From NCBI GenBank assembly GCA_045863335.1, contig BTVY01000025.1, forward strand, positions 38,120 to 102,119: a stretch of DNA of 64,000 nt. The letters are read 5' to 3'. Shown here in pieces: positions 1 to 8,896 of the stretch (the first letter of the stretch is position 1; each line of letters opens with the position of its first letter). The notes beneath the pieces are model-generated. The model worked only from the letters and a program-made list of their open reading frames with translations, ran no database searches and was not told the DNA's origin. Source of the DNA: Candidatus Hydrogenedentota bacterium. GTDB lineage: Bacteria; Hydrogenedentota; Hydrogenedentia; Hydrogenedentales; SLHB01. The translations under genes and the position numbers were made by a program.

Positions 1-148
1 GCAGCGGCGCCGGGTCGGGCTCTGACGGGCCCGCGTTGAAGAGGCTTCCCCGGTTTTGCGCAAGCCTCAGAGTTCCCTCCTGTCCGGCGGAAGGTAGAGA
101 AACGAGCAGCGCCAAGGCAGATACGAATGCGACGGCAAGTATCGGCAT
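1..148 (-). CDS. 5' part of a probably secreted protein (runs off window start)
   Basis: AAGGAG RBS then ATG at 148; MPILAVAFVSALALLVSLPSAG hydrophobic signal-like N-terminus; open to position 1. Confidence 0.55.
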   Translation of the reverse strand, partial: MPILAVAFVSALALLVSLPSAGQEGTLRLAQNRGSLFNAGPSEPDPAPL

Positions 149-200
149 GAAAGCTCCTTCGGAATGCGGTGCACCGGAATGCCGTGCGGAAAATCGCGAG

Positions 201-230
201 AAGGGGCCGCCGCACAGTCGCGACGGCCCC
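201..230 (-). terminator. Putative intrinsic terminator hairpin
   Basis: GGGGCCG...CGGCCCC stem just downstream of the stop at 250; weak U tail. Confidence 0.4.
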
Positions 231-249
231 AGAATCAGATTCTAGGGGA

Positions 250-1212
250 TTAGGCCCAGGTGATGGCCGTGGTCTTCTCGAACATGATGGACTGCTTCAG
301 CATGGCGACGGCTTTCGTGAGGCCTTCCATGCGCGACATGAGCGAGTCTTCGTGCTCGATGGAAATGGCACCATCGTAGCCGACCATGCGCAGGGTGGAA
401 ACGAATTCGTTCCACCAGCTCTGCGGATGGCCATAACCGCAGGTGCGGAAGAGCCAGCTCCGGTTAATCTCGTCGCCATAGTGTTTGACGTCGAGCACGC
501 CGTTGACCCGCGCGTTCTCCTCGTACACCTTCGAATCCTTGGCGTGGACGTGGAAGATGGCCTTACCCAAGGCGCGGACGGCTTCGATGGGCTCGATCCC
601 CTGCCAGAAAAAGTGGCTGGGATCGAAGTTCGCGCCGAGGTTGTTGCCGCAAGCTTTGCGCAGCTTCAACACGGTCTCCGGGTTGTACACGACAAAACCG
701 GGGTGCGCTTCGAACGCCACCTTTACACCGTTGTCCTCAGCGAACTTGGCCTGCTTCTTCCAGTACGGGATCACCTTTTTTTCCCACTGCCACTCCAGCG
801 CTTCGAGGTAGTCCGGCGGCCAGGGGCAGGTCACCCAACTGGGCCGGGTGGCTTTTTCGTCCGAGCCGGGGCATCCGGAAAAGTCGTTGACCACCTTTAC
901 GCCGAGGAGTCCGGCGAGCTTGATCGTGTTGCTCTGCGTTTCGGCGTGTTTCTTCCCGATGGCGGGATTCGGATGCAGGCAGTTTCCGTGACAGCTCAGG
1001 GCGCTGATCTCGAGGCCTTCGCCCTTGAGCATGGCCTTCAGTTCTTCCCGCTTGGGTTTCGACGCGAGCAACTCTTTCAAATTGCAGTGCGCGTCGCCGG
1101 GGTAGTTGCCGGCGCCGAGTTCGACGGTCTGCACCTGCAAAGGACGAATGATATCCAAGACCTCTTTCAAGGACTTGTCGCTGAACATGACCGTTAACAG
1201 ACCCAGTTTCAT
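250..1212 (-). CDS. Sugar phosphate isomerase/epimerase (xylose-isomerase-like TIM barrel, IolE-like)
   Basis: MKLGLLTVMF start with GGAG RBS; FEAHP, NFDPSH, HVHAKD, SIEHED metal motifs. Confidence 0.85.
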   Translation of the reverse strand: MKLGLLTVMFSDKSLKEVLDIIRPLQVQTVELGAGNYPGDAHCNLKELLASKPKREELKAMLKGEGLEISALSCHGNCLHPNPAIGKKHAETQSNTIKLAGLLGVKVVNDFSGCPGSDEKATRPSWVTCPWPPDYLEALEWQWEKKVIPYWKKQAKFAEDNGVKVAFEAHPGFVVYNPETVLKLRKACGNNLGANFDPSHFFWQGIEPIEAVRALGKAIFHVHAKDSKVYEENARVNGVLDVKHYGDEINRSWLFRTCGYGHPQSWWNEFVSTLRMVGYDGAISIEHEDSLMSRMEGLTKAVAMLKQSIMFEKTTAITWA

Positions 1213-1293
1213 TGTGGCTCTCCTCCCTTTGTTTGACCACGGGGACACGGGGAACACATACTTCCAATCCCCGCGTCATCGAGGGTTATCTTC

Positions 1294-2460
1294 TCAGACC
1301 TTTTCCCACTTGCGCGATTTGTTGGATTTTTCCACGGCGGCCAGGACGCGCTGGCATGCGAGTCCATCTTCAAACGTGGGATATGTGACTTTCTTCCGGT
1401 TCAGTTGGGTCAGGAAATCGTAGACCTCGTGCGTGAAGAGGTGCTCGTAGCCGATGATGTGGGCGCTGGGCCACCAGGCTTCCGTGTAGGGGTGGCCGGG
1501 GTCGGTCGCGTGGACGCGGCGGAAGCCCTGGACATGCCCGGGATCGTCGCCGTTGTAGTAGTGGAAAACGTTCATCTCTTCCTGGTTCCAGAGCACGCTG
1601 CCCTTGCTGCCGTTCACCTCGATGCTGTTGTGGTTGCGGCGACCCGGGGCGAAGCGCGTGGCTTCAAAGGTCGCCAGCGCGCGCGAACCTTTGATCGTGC
1701 CGATGAAAATGGCCGCATCATCCACGTCAACTTTGCCCATCTTGCCGCGTTTCTTGTGGCCCGACTTGGCGGCGATGGTCGCGGCAGTGTCCGAGATGGG
1801 ACGCTTCGTAACGAAGGTCCGCATGATGGACGACACGGAGTCGATGGGACCGACAAGGTTGTGGCACATATCAACGATATGGGCGCCGATGTCGCCCAAG
1901 GTGCCCGAACCGGCGGTCTTCTTCTGTAAGCGCCAGTTCAGGGGGAAGTCGGGGTCTACGATCCAGTCCTGCTGGTAGGCGGCGCGGAAGTGGTAGATCT
2001 CGCCGAGTTCACCGGACTGGATCATCTTCTTGATGGTGCCGATGGCCGGCACGAAGCGATAGGAAAACCCGCAGAGATTCTGCACGCCCGCCTTTTTGAC
2101 AGCGGCGACCATGTCCTCGGCCTGTTTCAGGGTGTTGGCCAAGGGCTTTTCGCAGATGATGTGCTTGCCGGCCTTCGCGGCGGCGACAACCATCGGATGA
2201 TGTTGATCTCCGGAAGCCGATACGTCGACCACGTCGATGTCTTCACGGGCGATGACGCGCTTCCAGTTCGTGTCCCACTCTTCCCAACCGAGCTTTTCGG
2301 CGGCGTCCTTTGTGTCGCTGTCGCTGCGCCCGCATATGACCTTCATGACCGGTTCAACGGGCAGGTCAAAAAAGCGCCCGACCTGCCGGAACGCATTGCT
2401 GTGGGCCTTGCCCATGAACTTCGTGCCAATCAAGGCGACGTTAACTTTCTTCTTGGCCAT
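1294..2460 (-). CDS. Gfo/Idh/MocA family oxidoreductase
   Basis: MAKKKVNVALIGTKFMGKAH Rossmann start, CEKPLA, GTLGDIGAHIVD; the longer ORF start at 3282 is an antisense extension. Confidence 0.9.
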   Translation of the reverse strand: MAKKKVNVALIGTKFMGKAHSNAFRQVGRFFDLPVEPVMKVICGRSDSDTKDAAEKLGWEEWDTNWKRVIAREDIDVVDVSASGDQHHPMVVAAAKAGKHIICEKPLANTLKQAEDMVAAVKKAGVQNLCGFSYRFVPAIGTIKKMIQSGELGEIYHFRAAYQQDWIVDPDFPLNWRLQKKTAGSGTLGDIGAHIVDMCHNLVGPIDSVSSIMRTFVTKRPISDTAATIAAKSGHKKRGKMGKVDVDDAAIFIGTIKGSRALATFEATRFAPGRRNHNSIEVNGSKGSVLWNQEEMNVFHYYNGDDPGHVQGFRRVHATDPGHPYTEAWWPSAHIIGYEHLFTHEVYDFLTQLNRKKVTYPTFEDGLACQRVLAAVEKSNKSRKWEKV

Positions 2461-2613
2461 TCGACTCCCTCCTCCGCTTGTCTCAGGGTGCGTGATTGAA
2501 CAATCGCCGCCCATTATATAACTGAGCGGGGAGATTGCCAACACCGAGGTGGGTCGGGGGAAACGCAGGACTGCGGATTGTCTGCCCGGTACCGGCACGA
2601 TATACTCCGGTCG

Positions 2614-4761
2614 ATGTTGAACGAATCTCTCTTCCGCCTGATTAACGGCATCTGGAAAAATCCGCTTCTCGATCGCATCATCCCGATCTTTTCCGATAAG
2701 GACCTGGTCCTCATTCCCGGCGCCGTGCTGGTGGGGATTCTGGTTTACTTCGGCGGAAAGCGCATGCGGCTGTGCCTGTTGGCGTTCATTCCCGCGCTCA
2801 TACTTTCGGATAGCGGGTCGGCCGCGATTCTCAAGAATCTCTTTGGCATGCCCCGGCCGTATGTCGTGCTGGAAGATGTTCACCTTTGCCGGGGGTATGA
2901 GTGGACTCTTTCCCAACCTGACCTCTACGCGGACAGCGGCCCTATCTACGGGTTTCCTTCGTCCCATGCGGCCAATGCGGCTGCGGTTGCCGTGGTATTG
3001 GCAATCCTCAGCCGCAGGACGCTGCGGGCGACAGTGCCCTTGGCGTTGCTGATTGGCTACTCGCGCATCTACACCGGGAACCACTACCCAGGTGACGTGC
3101 TGGCCGGTTATCTCTGGGGGATTATGAGCGGGGGTGCTGCCGCGGGCCTCATGCTGCGGTTTGGGTCGCAGTATGCGGCGGATGGGCGGCGTCATGCGTC
3201 CTGGGCGGAGATTCATCCGGCGCGGCGCACCTTCTACCTCGTGCTGGGCGCGTGGACCTTGGGCAATTTCGCATTTGTCCACACGGGGCTCTTCGATCTC
3301 GCGGGCGATGAGGCGCAGTATTGGGTCTGGTCGCGGGAGTTGGCGTTGGGGTACTACAGCAAACCGCCCATGGTCGCGTATGTCATCGCCGCGTTCAGTT
3401 CGGCCGGCGGAAACGAGGCGTGGGCGATTCGTTCCGCGGCAGTCATCTTGTCGTCGCTGACGCTCGCGCTGATCTATGCGCTTACGTTGCGCATCACCAA
3501 GCGGGAGCGGACCTCGCTGCTGGCGGCGATGGTGGCGCTGGCGCTACCGGCGATGTGGGCGGGGTCGGCGATCATGACGGTGGATCCCCTGCTTTGTTTC
3601 GCGTGGGCGGCGGCGCTCTATGCTTTTCACCGCGCGGTGCAGGGTGAGCAGGGGTACTGGTGGGTGCTGGGCTTCGCCCTGGGGTTTGGAATGCTCGCCA
3701 AGTACACGATGATCCTGCTCGTACTCGCGCTGATCGTGTATCTCGTGGCGGTGGAGCGGGCGCATTTGCGGACGCGGGGACCGTATATCGCGTTTGCGGT
3801 TGCCATGCTCTGTATGAGCGGTGTTGCATACTGGAACTGGAGTCACGACTGGATTTCTCTGCGGCATACGGCCCGCATCGGCGCGGATGAAAGCGTGGAC
3901 GCCGAAAGCGCGTTCGCGAACACCGCTGAATTGCTGGGAGCGCAATTGGGCGTAGCATCACCGTTCCTGTTTGGGCTTATGGTGTGGGCGGCCCTGGTGT
4001 GTATGAAGCGGCTCCGCCACGAACGTGATGCGGCGCTTCTCGCGATCGCGTTCTTCGTGGTGTTTTTCGCGTATGTGCTGATTGCCTTGACGCACTCGCC
4101 GGAGCCGAACTGGCCGGTGTGCGCGTACGTCACGGGCGCTCCCGCCCTGGCGTGGGTTTGGCGGGAACGGAATCGAACGCGCGGGTTTCAAACGCTCCTT
4201 ATGGCGGGACTGGTTCTTGGCATCTTCATGGGGCTTGCCGTGCGAAGCACCGGACTCGTGTACCTGGCCGCTGGTCCCGCGTCCAAGCCGGGCCACGCGC
4301 AACTGGGCCCCTTCACCTTTGACGTGGACCGCGACCCCACGAACGCGTTGCAGGGCGGCCGCGAACTTGGGGCTGCGCTGACGGCGCACCGGGAATCGGG
4401 GTCTGACGAGAAGCCCTTCGTGTTCAGCGACCGGTATCAACTCGCGGTGTGGTCGGCGTTCTACACGAAGGGACGGCCCCGCGCGTACTGCATGAACGTC
4501 GGCGACCGCCGCATGAACCAGTACGACCTTTGGGGAGGATGGGACGAGTTGACGGATCGTGATGGTCTGTTTGTCACCGGAGGCGATCCGCTGAAGACGC
4601 AGATGTTCATCAACTACATGGTGAGCGAAGGTTATTTCGAAAGCGGGGAACTGCTGGAGATGGTCGAAGCGCGCCGGGGCGACATTGTGGTGCGCCGGTT
4701 TTCGATTTCACTGATGCACGGGTACACGGGCAAACCGTGGCCGGTGCCGGACACGTACTGA
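2614..4761 (+). CDS. PAP2 phosphatase fused to ArnT/PMT-like (GT-C) glycosyltransferase
   Basis: PAP2 motifs KxxFxxPRP, FPSSHA, SRIYTGNHYPGDV; then DEAQYWVWS..GYYSKPP, AKYT and many TM helices. Confidence 0.85.
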   Translation: MLNESLFRLINGIWKNPLLDRIIPIFSDKDLVLIPGAVLVGILVYFGGKRMRLCLLAFIPALILSDSGSAAILKNLFGMPRPYVVLEDVHLCRGYEWTLSQPDLYADSGPIYGFPSSHAANAAAVAVVLAILSRRTLRATVPLALLIGYSRIYTGNHYPGDVLAGYLWGIMSGGAAAGLMLRFGSQYAADGRRHASWAEIHPARRTFYLVLGAWTLGNFAFVHTGLFDLAGDEAQYWVWSRELALGYYSKPPMVAYVIAAFSSAGGNEAWAIRSAAVILSSLTLALIYALTLRITKRERTSLLAAMVALALPAMWAGSAIMTVDPLLCFAWAAALYAFHRAVQGEQGYWWVLGFALGFGMLAKYTMILLVLALIVYLVAVERAHLRTRGPYIAFAVAMLCMSGVAYWNWSHDWISLRHTARIGADESVDAESAFANTAELLGAQLGVASPFLFGLMVWAALVCMKRLRHERDAALLAIAFFVVFFAYVLIALTHSPEPNWPVCAYVTGAPALAWVWRERNRTRGFQTLLMAGLVLGIFMGLAVRSTGLVYLAAGPASKPGHAQLGPFTFDVDRDPTNALQGGRELGAALTAHRESGSDEKPFVFSDRYQLAVWSAFYTKGRPRAYCMNVGDRRMNQYDLWGGWDELTDRDGLFVTGGDPLKTQMFINYMVSEGYFESGELLEMVEARRGDIVVRRFSISLMHGYTGKPWPVPDTY

Positions 4762-4836
4762 GATTTGGTAGCCGTGACATTGCTGCCGCCCGCACTTACA
4801 ATGCGACGACACAATGGGAACTTCAGGGGAAACGCC

Positions 4837-6384
4837 ATGACGCGATTGTTGGTTCGCTTTGATCTGTGTGTAGTCGTATGTATCGCTTCTTTCTTGTCGG
4901 CTGCGGCCAAGTCTCAGACTTTGCTTGATTCGGTGACGCGGCAACTCGATTTTCGCGCGCAACGGTCGAGCAGCGCGAATGAGGACCTCGCGAAGAACGG
5001 CGATGCACGGCCGATCCCGGCCGGGCAGGAACTGGTGCTTGCCGACCTGGAGGGGCCGGGCATCGTCACGCACATCTGGTGCACCATCGGCACGGAAGAT
5101 TACTTCCACGGCCGATCGCATGTGCTGAAGGTTTATTACGACGGCGCGGAGCGGCCGAGCGTGCAGGTCCCGCTGGGGGATTTCTTCGGCATGGGCCATG
5201 CCGCGTGGGAGGATTACGAGTCCGCGGTAGCCGTGATCTCCTCCGAGGGCCGTGCGCGTACATGCTATTGGAAAATGCCCTTTAAGCAACACATCAAGAT
5301 CGCCGTGGCCAACCAGGGCGAGCACGATACGGATTCGTTTTACTTTTACGTGGACTGGGAGAAGCATGAAAGTCTTCCCGAAGACACGGTGTATTTTCAC
5401 GCCCAGTACCGGCAGGAGAATCCCACGGGTCCCGAGGATTTCGTGCTGCTCGACACGAAAGGGCACGGGCAGTACGTGGGCACCGTGTATTCGGCGCACA
5501 TGACGGAGATCGGGTGGTTTGGCGAAGGGGATGACCGGTTCTACGTGGACGGTGAGGCGTATCCGTCGCTCAGCGGCACGGGCACGGAAGACTATTTCTG
5601 CGACGCGTGGGGATTCCGCAAGTTTGATACGCCGTACTTCGGCGTGTCGTTGTGGGACGGGTATTTCGCGGGCGACCGGGTGACCGCGTACCGGTGGCAC
5701 TTGCCCGATCCGGTTCCCTTCCAAGAATCGCTGCGCGTGCAGATGGAAACGCGCGGGAGCGTCTTCTCGCGAAACGCGGAGCACCTGGGCCAGTTCCTGC
5801 CGCGGCAGGATTTCGTGAGCGCGGTGGCGTATTGGTACCAGTGGCCCGCGGTCGAGATTGCGGAGGATTTGCCGGCGGCGAAGGATCGCATCGCGCCGTA
5901 CCGGATTGTCCCGGCCCAGGACCTGGAAGTGCGCGCGGATCCGGCGATGGGGCTTTCCAAAGGCGGCGAGGGCGTCCAGTACGCGGGGTTCACGCCGACG
6001 GGCACGGTATCGATCGATTTCACAGTGCCCGAAGACGGCCGCTACCAAATCAATGCGGTGATGAGCTACGGCTTCATCGGCGGCGTGTATCAGGCCGATC
6101 TCAACGGCGTGCCGATCGGGGGTCCCGTCGATTTCTGCCGGGAAGGACTGGACCCGGTGTGGACGCGGTTTGATGTCCATGACATGAAGGCGGGTGAAAC
6201 GTATACGTTAACGTTTACCGGTCAGGGTCCGTCGCCCAACAAGCGGACCAGCACGCCGCCGATGCACGGGTTAGGGATGCGTTCGCTGATCCTGCTGCGT
6301 CTCGACGATCTTCCGGGTTTTGAGAAGACCCTTGAGGCGGAATTGGAAAGACGCAAGGCATCAGAAAACCCCACAGGACAATAA
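4837..6384 (+). CDS. DUF2961 / GH172 family secreted glycoside hydrolase with C-terminal extension
   Basis: Signal peptide; GPGIVTHIW, VPLGDFFG, WFGEGDD, GTGTEDYF motifs. Confidence 0.85.
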   Translation: MTRLLVRFDLCVVVCIASFLSAAAKSQTLLDSVTRQLDFRAQRSSSANEDLAKNGDARPIPAGQELVLADLEGPGIVTHIWCTIGTEDYFHGRSHVLKVYYDGAERPSVQVPLGDFFGMGHAAWEDYESAVAVISSEGRARTCYWKMPFKQHIKIAVANQGEHDTDSFYFYVDWEKHESLPEDTVYFHAQYRQENPTGPEDFVLLDTKGHGQYVGTVYSAHMTEIGWFGEGDDRFYVDGEAYPSLSGTGTEDYFCDAWGFRKFDTPYFGVSLWDGYFAGDRVTAYRWHLPDPVPFQESLRVQMETRGSVFSRNAEHLGQFLPRQDFVSAVAYWYQWPAVEIAEDLPAAKDRIAPYRIVPAQDLEVRADPAMGLSKGGEGVQYAGFTPTGTVSIDFTVPEDGRYQINAVMSYGFIGGVYQADLNGVPIGGPVDFCREGLDPVWTRFDVHDMKAGETYTLTFTGQGPSPNKRTSTPPMHGLGMRSLILLRLDDLPGFEKTLEAELERRKASENPTGQ

Positions 6385-6386
6385 GA

Positions 6387-6731
6387 ATGAAGGAACCGCC
6401 CATCTGGAATACCTCGGAAGCCGCCGCGTTTTCCGAAGAGAAGATGAAGAAGGTAAACCTGTACGAGTCGCACCGAATGTTTTGCGATGTGTATTGCCTC
6501 TTGCCGGGACAGTGCCAACGGTCGCACGTCCATAACGACGAGGATAAAGTCTATCACGCGCTAACGGGGACCTGCGACGTGCAGATCGAGGATGAAACGT
6601 ATCCGTTGCCGCCGGGGCACGTGGCCGTGGCGCCGGCAGGCGTATACCACGGCATCGTCAACAACAGCGACGAACCGGCGACCGTGCTGGTCGTGATGGC
6701 GCCTCACCCCAAACTGCGACATGACACGTAA
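6387..6731 (+). CDS. Cupin domain protein
   Basis: HVHNDEDK and PAGVYHG cupin motifs. Confidence 0.85.
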   Translation: MKEPPIWNTSEAAAFSEEKMKKVNLYESHRMFCDVYCLLPGQCQRSHVHNDEDKVYHALTGTCDVQIEDETYPLPPGHVAVAPAGVYHGIVNNSDEPATVLVVMAPHPKLRHDT

Positions 6732-7104
6732 CTTGGACGACACCGGAAGCTTTTATGAGGCCGTGTACCGGCTCGTGCGCGCGATCCCGCGTGGTCGCGT
6801 GATGACCTATGGCCAGATTGCGACGATCCTCGGGGCGCCGCGCGCGGCGCGGGCCGTGGGCTATGCGCTCCGGGCTTGCAAGAGTAAAGACATCCCTTGG
6901 CAGCGGGTCATCAACCATCGCGGGGCGATCAGCGGCCGCGGCGACATCGAACGTCCGCACCTGCAGCGGGTACTGCTGGAACGCGAAGGCGTCCGCTTCA
7001 ACGCGGAGGATCGCTGCGACCTGAAGAAGCTTCGCTGGGAACCGCCGGACCCGGACGAATACGCGTACGCGGATCTGGACGATGCGGATCTTCCGTTTCG
7101 ATGA
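6721..7104 (+). CDS. atl: Alkyltransferase-like protein (MGMT family, non-catalytic)
   Basis: IPRGRVMTYGQIA..ARAVG; PWQRV where active MGMTs have PCHRV. Confidence 0.85.
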   Translation: MTRNLDDTGSFYEAVYRLVRAIPRGRVMTYGQIATILGAPRAARAVGYALRACKSKDIPWQRVINHRGAISGRGDIERPHLQRVLLEREGVRFNAEDRCDLKKLRWEPPDPDEYAYADLDDADLPFR

Positions 7105-7212
7105 TTCGCGACGGGTTAAGCCCGTGCCGTTGGATGATACTTCGAGCGCAAATCCACATCGTGATGCGATCGCATCTTGACATCATCCAATTTGTGTGGG
7201 ATACTTAACGTT

Positions 7213-7440
7213 ATGAGAACCACACTCGTTATCGACGATGACTTGCTAGCGGCCGCGAAGAATTTGGCGCGTGCAAAGTCGGTTTCCGTCGGCCGGGTCC
7301 TTTCCGATCTGGCGCGTCGGGGGCTCCAGTCGACGAACCGGGTAAGTTCGGCAAGCAGTGGATTCCCGGTGTTCCGCGTTCCTCCCGATGCGGGTCCCAT
7401 CACAAGTGACGATGTGAAGCAGGCCGAGGATGAACCGTGA
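7213..7440 (+). CDS. vapB: Type II antitoxin, VapB/CopG-like
   Basis: MRTTLVIDDDLL RHH start; GTGA overlap with the PIN gene. Confidence 0.85.
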   Translation: MRTTLVIDDDLLAAAKNLARAKSVSVGRVLSDLARRGLQSTNRVSSASSGFPVFRVPPDAGPITSDDVKQAEDEP

Positions 7441-7886
7441 GCGTCGCGCTGCTGGACGTGAATGTCCTCGTCGCACTCGCATGGCCCACTCACATTCATC
7501 ATCGTGCCGCGCACCGGTGGTTTGATCACAATCATTCCAAGGGTTGGGCGACTTGCCCATTGACTCAGTGCGGCTTTGTCCGGGTTAGTTCCAACTCTAA
7601 CGTCATTCGCGAAGCCGTTGAACCCCTCGAGGCTCTAGCGTTGCTGCAACAGATAGTGACGTTGAAGGGCCATACGTTTTGGCCAGACGCACTTCCGCTC
7701 ATCGACGAACCAGTGCCCACTGACCTCTTGGCCGGGCATCGGCAGATTACGGACGCGTACCTCTTGGCGTTGGCGATTCACAATCAGGGAAAATTGGCAA
7801 CCCTGGATCGCGGCATTGCCGCGTTACTGCCCGATACGAGTGCTTCCAAGAGCGCACTCGAACTCATACCGGCCGAGTTTCCGTGA
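7437..7886 (+). CDS. vapC: Type II toxin, VapC PIN ribonuclease
   Basis: LLDVNVLVAL, QITDAYLLALA, LATLD PIN motifs. Confidence 0.9.
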   Translation: MSVALLDVNVLVALAWPTHIHHRAAHRWFDHNHSKGWATCPLTQCGFVRVSSNSNVIREAVEPLEALALLQQIVTLKGHTFWPDALPLIDEPVPTDLLAGHRQITDAYLLALAIHNQGKLATLDRGIAALLPDTSASKSALELIPAEFP

Positions 7887-8086
7887 AATAGCACCGGCGT
7901 AGCATTCGCCCGCTCAGACGTAATGTGCGCCTTAAAAAAACGAGGCCGCGCGATGACTGTCCGCACCTCCGCGAGGATGCCCGGCGGCTCCAAGGACGAC
8001 GACGCGAACGGTACCCTCTCTCCCATGCGGCGTGCTAGAATGCCGCGGCTTTCCGATACACCTCCTTGGACCGAAAGGTTTCGTTT

Positions 8087-8896
8087 GTGCTGTACATCAA
8101 CGCATTTCTCCTTTCCATTGTGGAAGGATTCACCGAGTTCCTGCCCATCAGCAGTACCGGTCATCTGATCATTGTCGAGTCCTTCCTGCGGCTTAGCGAG
8201 GATCCGAACTCGACCTTTCCGTTTTCCTTTATGGTCATCATTCAGTTGCCGGCAATCTTTGCGGTGGTCGTCTATTTCTGGCGGAAGTTGTGGCCATTCA
8301 CCGGAGACGCGTCGCATCGTCAGATGACGGTCTTGTTGTGGTTTAACATTGCGGTTGCCGTGATTCCCGCGGTGGTGCTGGGGCTCATGTTCAACGACCT
8401 TATCGAAGAATACCTCGCGCATGAGATCCCGGTGGCCATCGCGCTCTTTGTTGGCGGCGTTATCCTGATCGCCATCGAACGCAGGCAATTGCCGGTACGA
8501 TTTGAGACGGTTTACGACGTCACGATCACGACCGCCTTCGCTATCGGCTTCTTTCAGTGTCTCGCCATGTTGCCGGGCACGTCGCGCTCGGCGGCGACGA
8601 TCATCGGCGCGATGCTGTTAGGGGCAAGCCGTCCGGCCGCGGCGGAGTTTTCGTTCTTTCTGGCCATCCCGACCATGTTCGGCGCGACCGTCCTTACGAT
8701 TGCGAAAAGCGGATTGTCCTTTACCGGACCGCAGTGGGCGGCGATCGCGCTGGGTTCCGTGGTGTCGTTTGTGACGGCTTACGCCGCAGTGGCCTTCCTC
8801 ATGCGCTATATTCAGCGGAACGATTTCAAGGCCTTCGGGTACTACCGCATCGCGCTCGCGGTGTTGGTCGTCATCTCCTACTATGCCTTCGGATAG
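8087..8896 (+). CDS. uppP: Undecaprenyl-diphosphate phosphatase
   Basis: VEGFTEFLPISSTGH and PGTSRS motifs; GTG start chosen after GAAAGG. Confidence 0.95.
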   Translation: MLYINAFLLSIVEGFTEFLPISSTGHLIIVESFLRLSEDPNSTFPFSFMVIIQLPAIFAVVVYFWRKLWPFTGDASHRQMTVLLWFNIAVAVIPAVVLGLMFNDLIEEYLAHEIPVAIALFVGGVILIAIERRQLPVRFETVYDVTITTAFAIGFFQCLAMLPGTSRSAATIIGAMLLGASRPAAAEFSFFLAIPTMFGATVLTIAKSGLSFTGPQWAAIALGSVVSFVTAYAAVAFLMRYIQRNDFKAFGYYRIALAVLVVISYYAFG

